A stretch of 64,000 nt of DNA from Vulcanimicrobiota bacterium. Its GTDB lineage: Bacteria > Vulcanimicrobiota > Xenobia > Xenobiales > JADMJV01. Below the pieces are notes generated by a model, which did not search any database, was not told the origin of the DNA, and saw nothing but the letters and a program-made list of their open reading frames with translations. The position numbers and the translations under genes are program-made. Every line of letters begins with the position of its first letter. The first letter of the stretch is position 1. The DNA lies in contig JBFWNU010000001.1 in the NCBI GenBank assembly GCA_050250895.1, positions 2,724,891-2,788,890 on the forward strand. The letters run 5' to 3'. This document shows positions 56,501 through 64,000 of the stretch, one piece after another.

Positions 56501-59500
56501 CCCAGCTCGAGACGCTCAAAACCGAGATGGCCACGTCGCAGGCCGAGGCGGCCGAGCGCGAAACCGGTCTGCGCGCACAGATTCGCGAGCTGACCCAGGA
56601 GCTGACTTCGGTTCGCGAACGCACCCAGGCCTCGGCTGTCCAGGTCGAGGAGCTGGCTCGCGAGCACGATCAGGTCAACACCGAGGTCGAAGAGCTACGC
56701 GAGGCTCTCCAGGTCTCGCAGGACGAGTATGCGGACCTGACCCTGGCCATGCAAAAGGTCGAGGAAGAGCTGGCCGCGGCCCAGGAGAAGGTGGAGCGGC
56801 TCACCGCCAGTCAGGGCGATTCTAGCCAACAGAACCAGCAGCTGAGCGAGCAATTGCGAATCGAGACGATCAAGGTCCAGAAGCTGCAGGCGGCTCTCAC
56901 CGACAACCACGAAAAGCTCAAGACGGTAGCCGGCAAGTATACCGTCATCAAAGAGACCGTCTTTCAGAAACAGGCCAAGCTCGACGAGACGCGGGCCGAA
57001 CTGCAGGCGGCCCACCAAGAGCAAGAGGCCTCGCGCCAGAAGAGCGAGGCTCTGGCCGCTCGGGTGGAAGAACTCGAGATCGCGCTAGCCACCTCGGAAG
57101 AAGAACTCAAGCTTTTACGCGAGCAGGTCGAGATGGGCGGCCAACAGATCGAAGACCAGGGCCTCGAACTCGAAGAGAGCCAGACCGTGCTGAGCCAGCT
57201 CGAGCACGAACTCAGTGAGCGCCAGGACATCATTGGGGAACTCGAGCAAGCCCTCGAGGGCCGCGAGTCGGAACTGGCCGAGCTCAACCTCGAATTGGAG
57301 CGGCTGGCCGAAGTCGAGGCCCGGTCCCATGAGCTGCAAGAGGTCTCGCGCCAGGCCCGGGAAGAATCCGCCCAGCTCCAGCAAGAGGTGGCCACCCAGC
57401 GGGCCCGCATCGCGTTTCTCGAACAAGAGCTGACCGACGCCCGCAATCTGGCCGAGACCTCGGACGTCAAGGCCAGCAATCTGCAGCAAGAACTCTCCTC
57501 GCGCATCGGGAGGCTCAAGAAGCTCGAGAACCAGTTGGGCAGCGCCGCCGCCAAACTCAAAGCGGCCAAGCGTCGTATTGGCGACCTCGAGGCCGCCTAC
57601 TCGACCACCACCGGCAAGGCTCGCGAACTGGCCGACGAGCTGCAAGCCAGGGCCCGCCGCATGGGAACTCTCGAGGCCCGTATCGCCGAACTCGAAGAGG
57701 CCCGCGGTCAGAGCGACGGCGAACTGACCGAGCTGCGGACTCGACTGGAGGCAAGTCAGAATCGGGTCCAGGAGCTCCAGACCCAGCTCGATGCTCGCGA
57801 CAGCGATTTGGACGAGCTTTCCCAGGAGCTGGCTCGCCTGGGCGATCAAGAACTCGAGAGCCAGTTCGAGTTGGGCACCGCTCAGGAAGAGGTCGAGAAG
57901 CTCAAGGGCCAGATCGAGACTTTGACGGCCGAACGAGACCAGGCCGTGGCCCAGATCGAAGGGGCTCGCAACCAGGCCGAAACCGCCGATTTGCGGGCCT
58001 CCCACCTCAAAGACGAGCTGTCGGAGCGGGTAGGCAAGTTGGGCAAGCTCGAACGAGCCCTGGGCGAGGCCGCTGCCAAGCTCAACAAGGCCAAGAGTCA
58101 CATCGCCAACCTGGAAGAGACGCTGGGCGCCACCGTAGAGAAGTGTAAGGAACTCGGGGCCGAGGCTCGCGGTCGCGGCCAGCGGGCCGAGCGCCTGGAG
58201 CAACTGCTGGTCGAGGCCCGCGAACAAGCCAAGGATGCTATTGAAGCCAGGGTCCGGCTCGAGGAAGAACTCAACGACGCTCGCCGCAAGACCGTCGAAC
58301 TCAACTCTCTGCTGGGTAGCCGTTCTTCCAGTGTGGGCGAGCTGGAAGAGCAGTTGGCCGAGAAAGAAGCCCTGGTGGTCGACCTCGAGCAGATGCTCGA
58401 GTCGCGCGACGCCGAGCTTGAAGATATGTCGGCCGAGCTGGCTGCCCTGGGGGGACTCGAGGACGAGCTTGGCAATCTGCGCAACGAGCTGGAGAAAGAG
58501 CGCGAGTCGAATCAGGAGTTGAACTCGCAGCTCGAGCAGACCCAGGCCACCGTCAGTCGCCTGGAAGGCGAACTGGCCGAAGCCGAGAACCGCCAGATGG
58601 CGGCCGAGCTTACGGCTAAGAACCTCAAGGAGCAGCTGAGTTCGAGGCTGGCCCGGGTGGACAAACTCGAGCAAGGCCTGGGGGCGGCCGCCTCGCGATT
58701 GAAGCTGGCCAAAGCCCGCATCGACGAACTCGAGACCCAACTGCAGGCGAGCGTGGCCGAGGCCGGTGAGGCCCGCAGTCAGGCCACCAGCTTCAAAGCG
58801 GAACTGCAACAGTCTACCCGCAAGATTCACGCCCTCGAAGAAGGCCTTTCCAATTCGCAGCAAAGCCTGCATCGGCTCGAAGAGAAGCTGGCCCGCCGCA
58901 ATCAGCGCATTGAAGAACTCGAAGAGGCGCTCACCCACAAGGCCTCGGAGATCTCGCATCTCAATACCGAAGTGCTCGATTTGGCCGAGCTGCAGGGTCG
59001 GCTCGAGAGCCTGGGCGAGCAACTCGAGCGGCGCAACCGCCAGATCCAGGAGACCCGCAACGAACTCGAGCAGAGCCAGAACCGGGTCAAGGAACTCGAG
59101 GATGATCTGGCCGTGGCTCAAGATGCGGCCGAGACCGCCGAGCTGCAGAATACCAATCTGCGCGAAGAACTCTCTTCTCGGGTCGAGAAACTATCGCGCC
59201 TGGAAGGTGCCCTGGGCCAGGCGGCCGCCAAGCTCAAGACGGCCAAGAGTCGTATTGGCGAACTGGAAGGCTCGCGTTCTCAGGCCCTGGAGCGCTGTCG
59301 CGAACTCGAGCGTGAGGTGACCGAGCGCTCCAGTCTGCTAGCTCGTCTGCGGGCTGAACTCTCCAGAGCCACCACCGCCCAGGACAAGCTCGAGCGAGCC
59401 AAATTGATCGTCAACGAACTGCGCGACCGGCTCGTCCTCGAGCAACGCCAGCGCCGCGACCTTGAGCAAGAACTCGAAGGGCGGGCCACTCGCATCGCCC

Positions 59501-61809
59501 AACTCGAGGCCCGCCTGTCTTCCGATTCGGGCGAGACCGACCAGGAACTGGGCGTGCTGCGGGGGCGTCTGGCCGAAGTCGAGGCCCGACTCGAGTCGCG
59601 CACTCGCTCGCTGGATACCCTGCGCCACGAGCTCAACGAGCGCGAGGAAGTGATTCGTGATCTGACAGCTACCCTCGAGAGTCGCGAGCTCGAAATGGAA
59701 GGCCTGTCGGAAGAGTTGGCTAACCTCGATCGGCTCGAGACCGAGGTGAGCGGGCTCAAAGAGCGGCTCGAACGTTCTCTGCAAGAGAAGGCCGGCCTCG
59801 AGGCCGAAACGCGCGAGCGCGAGCTAGAACTGCACACGCTGCGCAGCGAACTGGCCGAGGTTCGAGGCCGCTCCGACTCCGAAGACGTGCGCGTGACCAG
59901 TCTGCAAGACGAGCTGGCCTCGCGACTCGAGCGTATTTCCAAGCTCGAGAAAGGCCTGGGCGCGGCTGCTTCCAAGCTGCAGGTGGCCAAGCGACGCATT
60001 CTCGAACTCGAGGAGAAGGTTCAGAAGGCTAGCGAGCAAGCCCTGACGACCAACGAGAAGACCACCGAGGCCAGCGAGCGGCTGGTGGCGGCTGAAGCCA
60101 GGGTACGTGAGCTGTCGGCCAACCTGCAGAAGAAGGAGCAGGCTCTGGCCACCCTGGAAGCTCGCCTGGAGCAGAAAGAGGCAGCCGTTGACGAGCTGGA
60201 GGCAGTCGCCCGTCAGCGCGAGCAGCGCATCGATGAACTCACGCGGGCGCTGGCTGAGAATTCGCAGGCGGCCGTCGGTAGCCCCCAGCTCGAAGAAGAG
60301 CTGACCAACCTCAAGCTTTCCGAGCAGCGCCAACGCGAGCAGCTCGAGCAGCAACAGGCGCGTCTGCGCCAGCTCGAAGAGCAGTTAGCCGAGGCCCAGC
60401 GAGCTGCCGAGACGGCCGACCTGCGCACCAATCACCTGGCCTCCGAGCTGGGCGGCCGCTCCGAGCGAGTGACCCGGCTCGAAGAGGCCCTGGGGACCGC
60501 CGCCGCCAAACTCAAAGCCGCCAAGAAGCGCCTCGATGAGCTGCAAGAAGCGCGTCGCAAGAGCCTTGAAGAGGTTCGTCGCCTGGAGGACGTGGTGCTC
60601 GAGCGCGACAGCGCCCTGGCTCGCCACCAGACCGAGAAGTCCGAACTCGAAGCCAGACTCGAGCGCCTGGGCCAGGAGCGACAGCAGTTGCAGGCCGAGC
60701 TGCAGAAAGCCACGGCCGCCAAAGTTCAATCCGAGAGTCTGCTGGCCAGCCAGGGAGCCGGTGAAGACGCCCTGCAGCAGCAGCTGGCCGAGAAGACCGG
60801 TCTGGTCAATACTCTCGAAGCCCGGTTGCAAGAGCGTCTCGACGAGAATGCCCGGCTGGTGGCCGAGATCGACCGCCTGGCCGAGGTCGAGACCGAACTC
60901 GAAGACCTGCGCGCCCAGTTCGAGGCCCAGCGCCAACGCAACCAGCGTCTCGAGCAAGAGCTGGCTGCTCGTGAAAACGAGATGGCCGAACTCGAGACCG
61001 AGGTGCACACTCTTCATCAGAGCACCGAGACGACCGACCTCAAGGCCGAAGACCTCAGGGCCGAACTCGACCAGCGGGACCAGGCCATTCGGCGCCTGGA
61101 GGGCGAGCTGGGCGAGGCCAACTCTCGCCTCAAATTGGCCGACACCCGAGTCGACCATCTCGAGCAAGCCCTGGGCGCCAGCCAGCAAAAGGTGCGCAGC
61201 CTCGACGAAGCCCTGGCACTGGCCCAAAAGCAGTCTCAAGACACGTCGGCTCTCGACGACCTGAACTTCCGCCTCACTCAGGTCACCACCCAGCTGGCCG
61301 AGACCGAAGAGGCCTGGTTCGCCAGTCAGTTTCAGGTGGAAGAGTTGCAGAATCTGCTGGATGAGCGCGAGCAAGAAATCGAAGAACTGCGCGAAGAGGC
61401 CGGTCGTAATACCGATCTGGAGGGCCGGCTGGGCGAAACGCTGGCTGCCGCCGAAGAGCGCGAGAGAAGGCTGCGCGAACAGCTGGAGGCCCGCGACCTG
61501 GATCTCGAAGATATGGAATCCGAACTCGCCCACAATCTCGATCGGGCCGAGACGGCCGAGCTTCAGGCCAGCAATCTTCAGGAAGAGCTGTCGGTTCGTT
61601 TGGGCCGAATTGCCAAGCTCGAGAGTAACCTCGGCGCGGCTAAGGGTAAATTGAATGAGGCGCGCGAGAGAATCGCTCAGCTCGAGGAGCAGCTGGCTAA
61701 CGCCGGTGGCAAGCACCAATCGATGGAATCGCAACTGGTCGAACTCAACCGGTTGCGCGGACGAGTTCAAGAGCTAGAAGAATCGCAGGCGCGACTGGAG
61801 GCGAGATGA
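53536..61809 (+). CDS. Giant (~2750 aa) coiled-coil protein with periodic internal repeats
   Basis: Continuous E/L/A/R/Q-rich heptad sequence, almost no Pro; no ATPase, signal or TM motif seen; start may be TTG 53560. Confidence 0.85.
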   Translation: MPKWSVGILADETKTVRKRPKEAEVEAPGSRAEEILAAYKRSQITAKKLKIRLDKVSAQAKDYKRELAEMEREQKRNAATIARLEKELASGEGGGGSGREAALTAKLEASRRNNAKLKDAYQAKSEKVAELTAANKRLEKAVKGDSSQLAAEVKRLEELLAQASGGADPEELDELKLQLEAHQDLLSEAELRVAELDEGLAERDAKVSELERKVAGLDSQLAVQEGKIELLESELSGATATATQEKEAAEELRSELESSTLLIADLEGLLNEQETRISQLEIELTEREAALVEAQSDLKETAEKQLATVEAKLAHKEGQLEMLESEFAGAKSRVEELQEELEAQNSLTGELEELLNAKDQELEELAAEFDAATSKVEELEETAAARTAEVEALEQSIGELQAELKTSQELLAKEKSERDSDRQNIARLEAKHKRSEEVLETVKNRYEQLREALKAHKEKALTLKEHLVAALERAEGAERRAEELERQKGQLESQLTTLKGTLADTENRAEELEGTLLDTESERAQAAFRVEELEEQLATSKAEVDELATELTAVQDAKSLSEDRLAELEPELEETRALLDEALATSEEASLKVVELEQSKNEAEAALEELRTELVSAQEEVSSLTEALDTTDEQLNGAQQEIETLQAQRDKLDEDLNLSLGREQELNSRLAIEGRKVAKLEAAFNEARTKLQTAVGKYAAIKETVFHKQTRLDELKVALDQATSERDARTQQLEALQERVVELEALIEVGQQEQELLRNELSEANEIIAERASQVEGLENELADRDAAAEDMATTLESHEQEIERLTEEVERLAQAETELAEIRLEFEAALLEVAQLGETIEAQAEQLQEKDQELSARAERVSRLEGGLSDAATKLKAAKERIAALDAELRKAVDKHRRQAEELNRRSRQLTEMEARLAQTTEGVHAKDTLLEQVQSRLEAGHSQVEELQAELASREAELEDLNFELERLGELEEVLVKKEDELERLHAQLETLKTEMATSQAEAAERETGLRAQIRELTQELTSVRERTQASAVQVEELAREHDQVNTEVEELREALQVSQDEYADLTLAMQKVEEELAAAQEKVERLTASQGDSSQQNQQLSEQLRIETIKVQKLQAALTDNHEKLKTVAGKYTVIKETVFQKQAKLDETRAELQAAHQEQEASRQKSEALAARVEELEIALATSEEELKLLREQVEMGGQQIEDQGLELEESQTVLSQLEHELSERQDIIGELEQALEGRESELAELNLELERLAEVEARSHELQEVSRQAREESAQLQQEVATQRARIAFLEQELTDARNLAETSDVKASNLQQELSSRIGRLKKLENQLGSAAAKLKAAKRRIGDLEAAYSTTTGKARELADELQARARRMGTLEARIAELEEARGQSDGELTELRTRLEASQNRVQELQTQLDARDSDLDELSQELARLGDQELESQFELGTAQEEVEKLKGQIETLTAERDQAVAQIEGARNQAETADLRASHLKDELSERVGKLGKLERALGEAAAKLNKAKSHIANLEETLGATVEKCKELGAEARGRGQRAERLEQLLVEAREQAKDAIEARVRLEEELNDARRKTVELNSLLGSRSSSVGELEEQLAEKEALVVDLEQMLESRDAELEDMSAELAALGGLEDELGNLRNELEKERESNQELNSQLEQTQATVSRLEGELAEAENRQMAAELTAKNLKEQLSSRLARVDKLEQGLGAAASRLKLAKARIDELETQLQASVAEAGEARSQATSFKAELQQSTRKIHALEEGLSNSQQSLHRLEEKLARRNQRIEELEEALTHKASEISHLNTEVLDLAELQGRLESLGEQLERRNRQIQETRNELEQSQNRVKELEDDLAVAQDAAETAELQNTNLREELSSRVEKLSRLEGALGQAAAKLKTAKSRIGELEGSRSQALERCRELEREVTERSSLLARLRAELSRATTAQDKLERAKLIVNELRDRLVLEQRQRRDLEQELEGRATRIAQLEARLSSDSGETDQELGVLRGRLAEVEARLESRTRSLDTLRHELNEREEVIRDLTATLESRELEMEGLSEELANLDRLETEVSGLKERLERSLQEKAGLEAETRERELELHTLRSELAEVRGRSDSEDVRVTSLQDELASRLERISKLEKGLGAAASKLQVAKRRILELEEKVQKASEQALTTNEKTTEASERLVAAEARVRELSANLQKKEQALATLEARLEQKEAAVDELEAVARQREQRIDELTRALAENSQAAVGSPQLEEELTNLKLSEQRQREQLEQQQARLRQLEEQLAEAQRAAETADLRTNHLASELGGRSERVTRLEEALGTAAAKLKAAKKRLDELQEARRKSLEEVRRLEDVVLERDSALARHQTEKSELEARLERLGQERQQLQAELQKATAAKVQSESLLASQGAGEDALQQQLAEKTGLVNTLEARLQERLDENARLVAEIDRLAEVETELEDLRAQFEAQRQRNQRLEQELAARENEMAELETEVHTLHQSTETTDLKAEDLRAELDQRDQAIRRLEGELGEANSRLKLADTRVDHLEQALGASQQKVRSLDEALALAQKQSQDTSALDDLNFRLTQVTTQLAETEEAWFASQFQVEELQNLLDEREQEIEELREEAGRNTDLEGRLGETLAAAEERERRLREQLEARDLDLEDMESELAHNLDRAETAELQASNLQEELSVRLGRIAKLESNLGAAKGKLNEARERIAQLEEQLANAGGKHQSMESQLVELNRLRGRVQELEESQARLEAR

Positions 61810-62864
61810 CAGGCAAGGGCGTGAGCGATCTCGAGAAGCTGCAAAGCCAGCTACTGCGAGAGAAAGCACGAGCGGAAGAGGCTGAAGCCGGCCGGGTTCT
61901 GGCCGAGAAGAAGATGACTCTGGCTCAAGAAGAGGCGGCCCGTCTGGGTCGCGAAATGGCGCAATTGCAAGCTCAGCTCGAATCGCTACGAGCCTCCCGC
62001 CAACCCGGGCCCGAGAGTTCTGCCGGTTCACCCTCGCAGGAGGAACTCGAGCAAGCGCGTGCTCGAGTGGTCGAGCAAAATCGCGACTACGAACGGTTGG
62101 CCGGGCGGCTGGAAGAAGAGTCGGCCGCCAAGACCATGGCCCTGGCCGATGCGGCCCGCCAGCGCAAACTGGTCAACGAACAGCAACGCAAGCTCGAGTC
62201 GCTAGAGAAAGAGATCTCGAGACTCGAGGGCCTGGCTGCCGAACTCCGCGAGGGCAAGACGGTGGTGAGCCCCGACCAGAAACGCCTCGAAGAGATCGAG
62301 AAGGCCCTGCAAGGGGTGCGGCTGGCCCTGAGTCAGAGCGAGTCCAAGCGGGGCGAGCTAGAAGAGTCTTATCGTCTGGCCCGCGAGCGAGCCGACACCC
62401 TGACCGGTCGGTTGGAGGACCTCGAGAAGACTCTGCGACGCAAGGATCAGGAATTCGACACGCTGGCTTCTAGTCTGATGCAGGCCCAGGAGCGAGCTCG
62501 CCAGCTCGAGACCGAGCTACCGTTGAGTAGCGGGATGGAAGAGGAGCTGCGCGAGCAATTGGCGGGAGCTCGCACCCAAACCGAGGATCTTCGTCGTCAA
62601 CTGGCCGAACGACAGCATGAACTCGACCAACTGCAGAAGGAACTTCAGACGTCCCAACTGGTGAAGACGGCCCTGGCCGAGCGCGACACCCGCATTCGTT
62701 CACTAGAAGAGAAGCTCGAGGCCTATCGCCAGGCTCGCGACCAGCCCGCCCCCGAGGATCCGGTGGCCCGGGCCCAGGCGCTCGAGGCCGAGCTGCAGGT
62801 CAAGGAACGTCAGATAGGCCGCCTCGAGCAGACCATCCGTCGACTGTCCTCGCCTCAGCTCTAG
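61806..62864 (+). CDS. Coiled-coil protein coupled to the giant coiled-coil gene
   Basis: ATGA overlap; 352 aa heptad-rich. Confidence 0.8.
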   Translation: MTGKGVSDLEKLQSQLLREKARAEEAEAGRVLAEKKMTLAQEEAARLGREMAQLQAQLESLRASRQPGPESSAGSPSQEELEQARARVVEQNRDYERLAGRLEEESAAKTMALADAARQRKLVNEQQRKLESLEKEISRLEGLAAELREGKTVVSPDQKRLEEIEKALQGVRLALSQSESKRGELEESYRLARERADTLTGRLEDLEKTLRRKDQEFDTLASSLMQAQERARQLETELPLSSGMEEELREQLAGARTQTEDLRRQLAERQHELDQLQKELQTSQLVKTALAERDTRIRSLEEKLEAYRQARDQPAPEDPVARAQALEAELQVKERQIGRLEQTIRRLSSPQL

Positions 62865-63769
62865 CCTGCCAAGGAGGTGAGAGGTCGGGTCGAGACCGTG
62901 ACCACCGGGTCAGGGCCCACCACTTCTAGCACCGGTTCACCGTCTGCACCCAGAAAGCGGTGGACGGCGATGGGCGATTCGAGCTCGCAGCGAGCCTGAG
63001 CCTCGGCCACTGCCGGTCCGTCGGTGAGGCGCTCTAGCGAGTGGATCCAGCGCAGGGCGGGGTCGTGGCTGAGCGAGCAGACTTGATCGAACTCGTAGTG
63101 CATGGCCTCTTCGTGAGTGTAGAGACTCATCCACACCTGGCGACCCTCTCGATAGAAAGTCTGTAGGTAGGCGGCCTGGCGTAGACGGTCGGGCTCGGAA
63201 TGCGCGCTCACGGGGGTGGCGAAGGCGTCCTCGGTGACCGACTCTAGATAGGCCTGGAGACGAGCCCGCTGGCAAGAGTCTACGGGTTCCAACCGCAGTC
63301 CGGCCCGAAACGGCGGAGTCATTCGACTCCAGCGTACCACCCCACTCAATTCTACGGCCCCCAGACCGTTGTCGAGGTCCAGGCTCAGAGCTAGCTCGTC
63401 TCCAGGTCTGAGAGGGGCATGGGTCAGCAACTGCGTTCCCTCCGCGGTCAGGTCAACCGTAAGGGCCTCGAAGTTCGGCAGCCATTGGGACCGGGTTCGC
63501 AAACTGATGGGCAGACGGGATTGACTCCGCAGCGGATACTCCACCCCTTCGGCCACAGGGACCTGGAAATCGCCCTCGATCAGGCTGACCGAACTCAGCC
63601 ATCCGTCCGATAAACGGCGATGCGCCTGGACCTTGACCAGAGCTCCCAGCAGTTCGACCGGTTCGTCCCAGCTAAGCCGCTCGGCCGTCTCGACGAGGGC
63701 CTCTCGGCCGGTCCGGCCGACCAGCCGTGCCTCGATGGGTTGATTCTTAACACTAAAGAGCGACAGCAT
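62861..63769 (-). CDS. PilZ domain-containing protein
   Basis: RSQSR and DLTAEG motifs, GVVRW, AGLRL. Confidence 0.7.
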   Translation of the reverse strand: MLSLFSVKNQPIEARLVGRTGREALVETAERLSWDEPVELLGALVKVQAHRRLSDGWLSSVSLIEGDFQVPVAEGVEYPLRSQSRLPISLRTRSQWLPNFEALTVDLTAEGTQLLTHAPLRPGDELALSLDLDNGLGAVELSGVVRWSRMTPPFRAGLRLEPVDSCQRARLQAYLESVTEDAFATPVSAHSEPDRLRQAAYLQTFYREGRQVWMSLYTHEEAMHYEFDQVCSLSHDPALRWIHSLERLTDGPAVAEAQARCELESPIAVHRFLGADGEPVLEVVGPDPVVTVSTRPLTSLAG

Positions 63770-63949
63770 AGCTCCTCCTCGGGTGTCTTCAGGGCTATTC
63801 GGGCCCGCTTAAAGCATAGGCTGGCGGGGTGGACCTGCCTGAGCCTCCGCGGGATGACATCATCCCATCCTAGGGGATAGTCAGAGGCGGCCAGAACCTG
63901 GCTTCACCCCCGGCAGGCCTCGGTCGGATAGAGGAGGAAAGGAGCGGCC

Positions 63950-64000
63950 ATGGTCCTGTGGGATACTTTTATCGAAGCCGGTCGAGGCTACTTCGAGAAA
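63950..64000 (+). CDS. Start of a gene truncated by the window edge
   Basis: GGAGGAAAGGAG RBS then MVLWDTFIEAGRGYFEK. Confidence 0.55.
   Translation, partial: MVLWDTFIEAGRGYFEK

Noticed and set aside
53536-61809. SMC/SbcC ATPase or phage tape-measure protein
   Set aside because: No Walker A/B, signature or hinge motifs; no phage genes nearby

Overview
High-GC bacterial chromosomal window. The gene content (futalosine-pathway MqnD, many prepilin-like genes, Ser/Thr kinase/FHA/cyclase signalling) loosely suggests an Eremiobacterota/Vulcanimicrobiota-like lineage; this is inference only. Housekeeping genes: secDF, a nadQ-like regulator with nadABC, rsgA, def, MscS, mqnD, GH3 hexosaminidase, an RlmD/TrmA-like methyltransferase, hflX and sodA. 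Accessory content: three separate type IV minor-pilin clusters, c-di-GMP genes (REC-PAS-GGDEF-EAL, two PilZ proteins), a NuoI with an inserted GltD-like flavin module, and a ~2750-aa periodic coiled-coil protein. The standout is a ~1.07-kb unit at about 28231-29308 with no convincing ORF. It lies between a consensus TTGACA-N16-TATAAT promoter and an intrinsic terminator and is built from internally repeated, covarying structural modules (three pseudoknots, complementary distant loops). It is a candidate large structured ncRNA that I cannot assign to a known family. Two intergenic repeat arrays share an inverted architecture of C-GNA-G triloop hairpins, and two genes (hflX, nadQ) appear to need non-canonical start codons. 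No CRISPR array, tRNA, rRNA or transposase was recognised.
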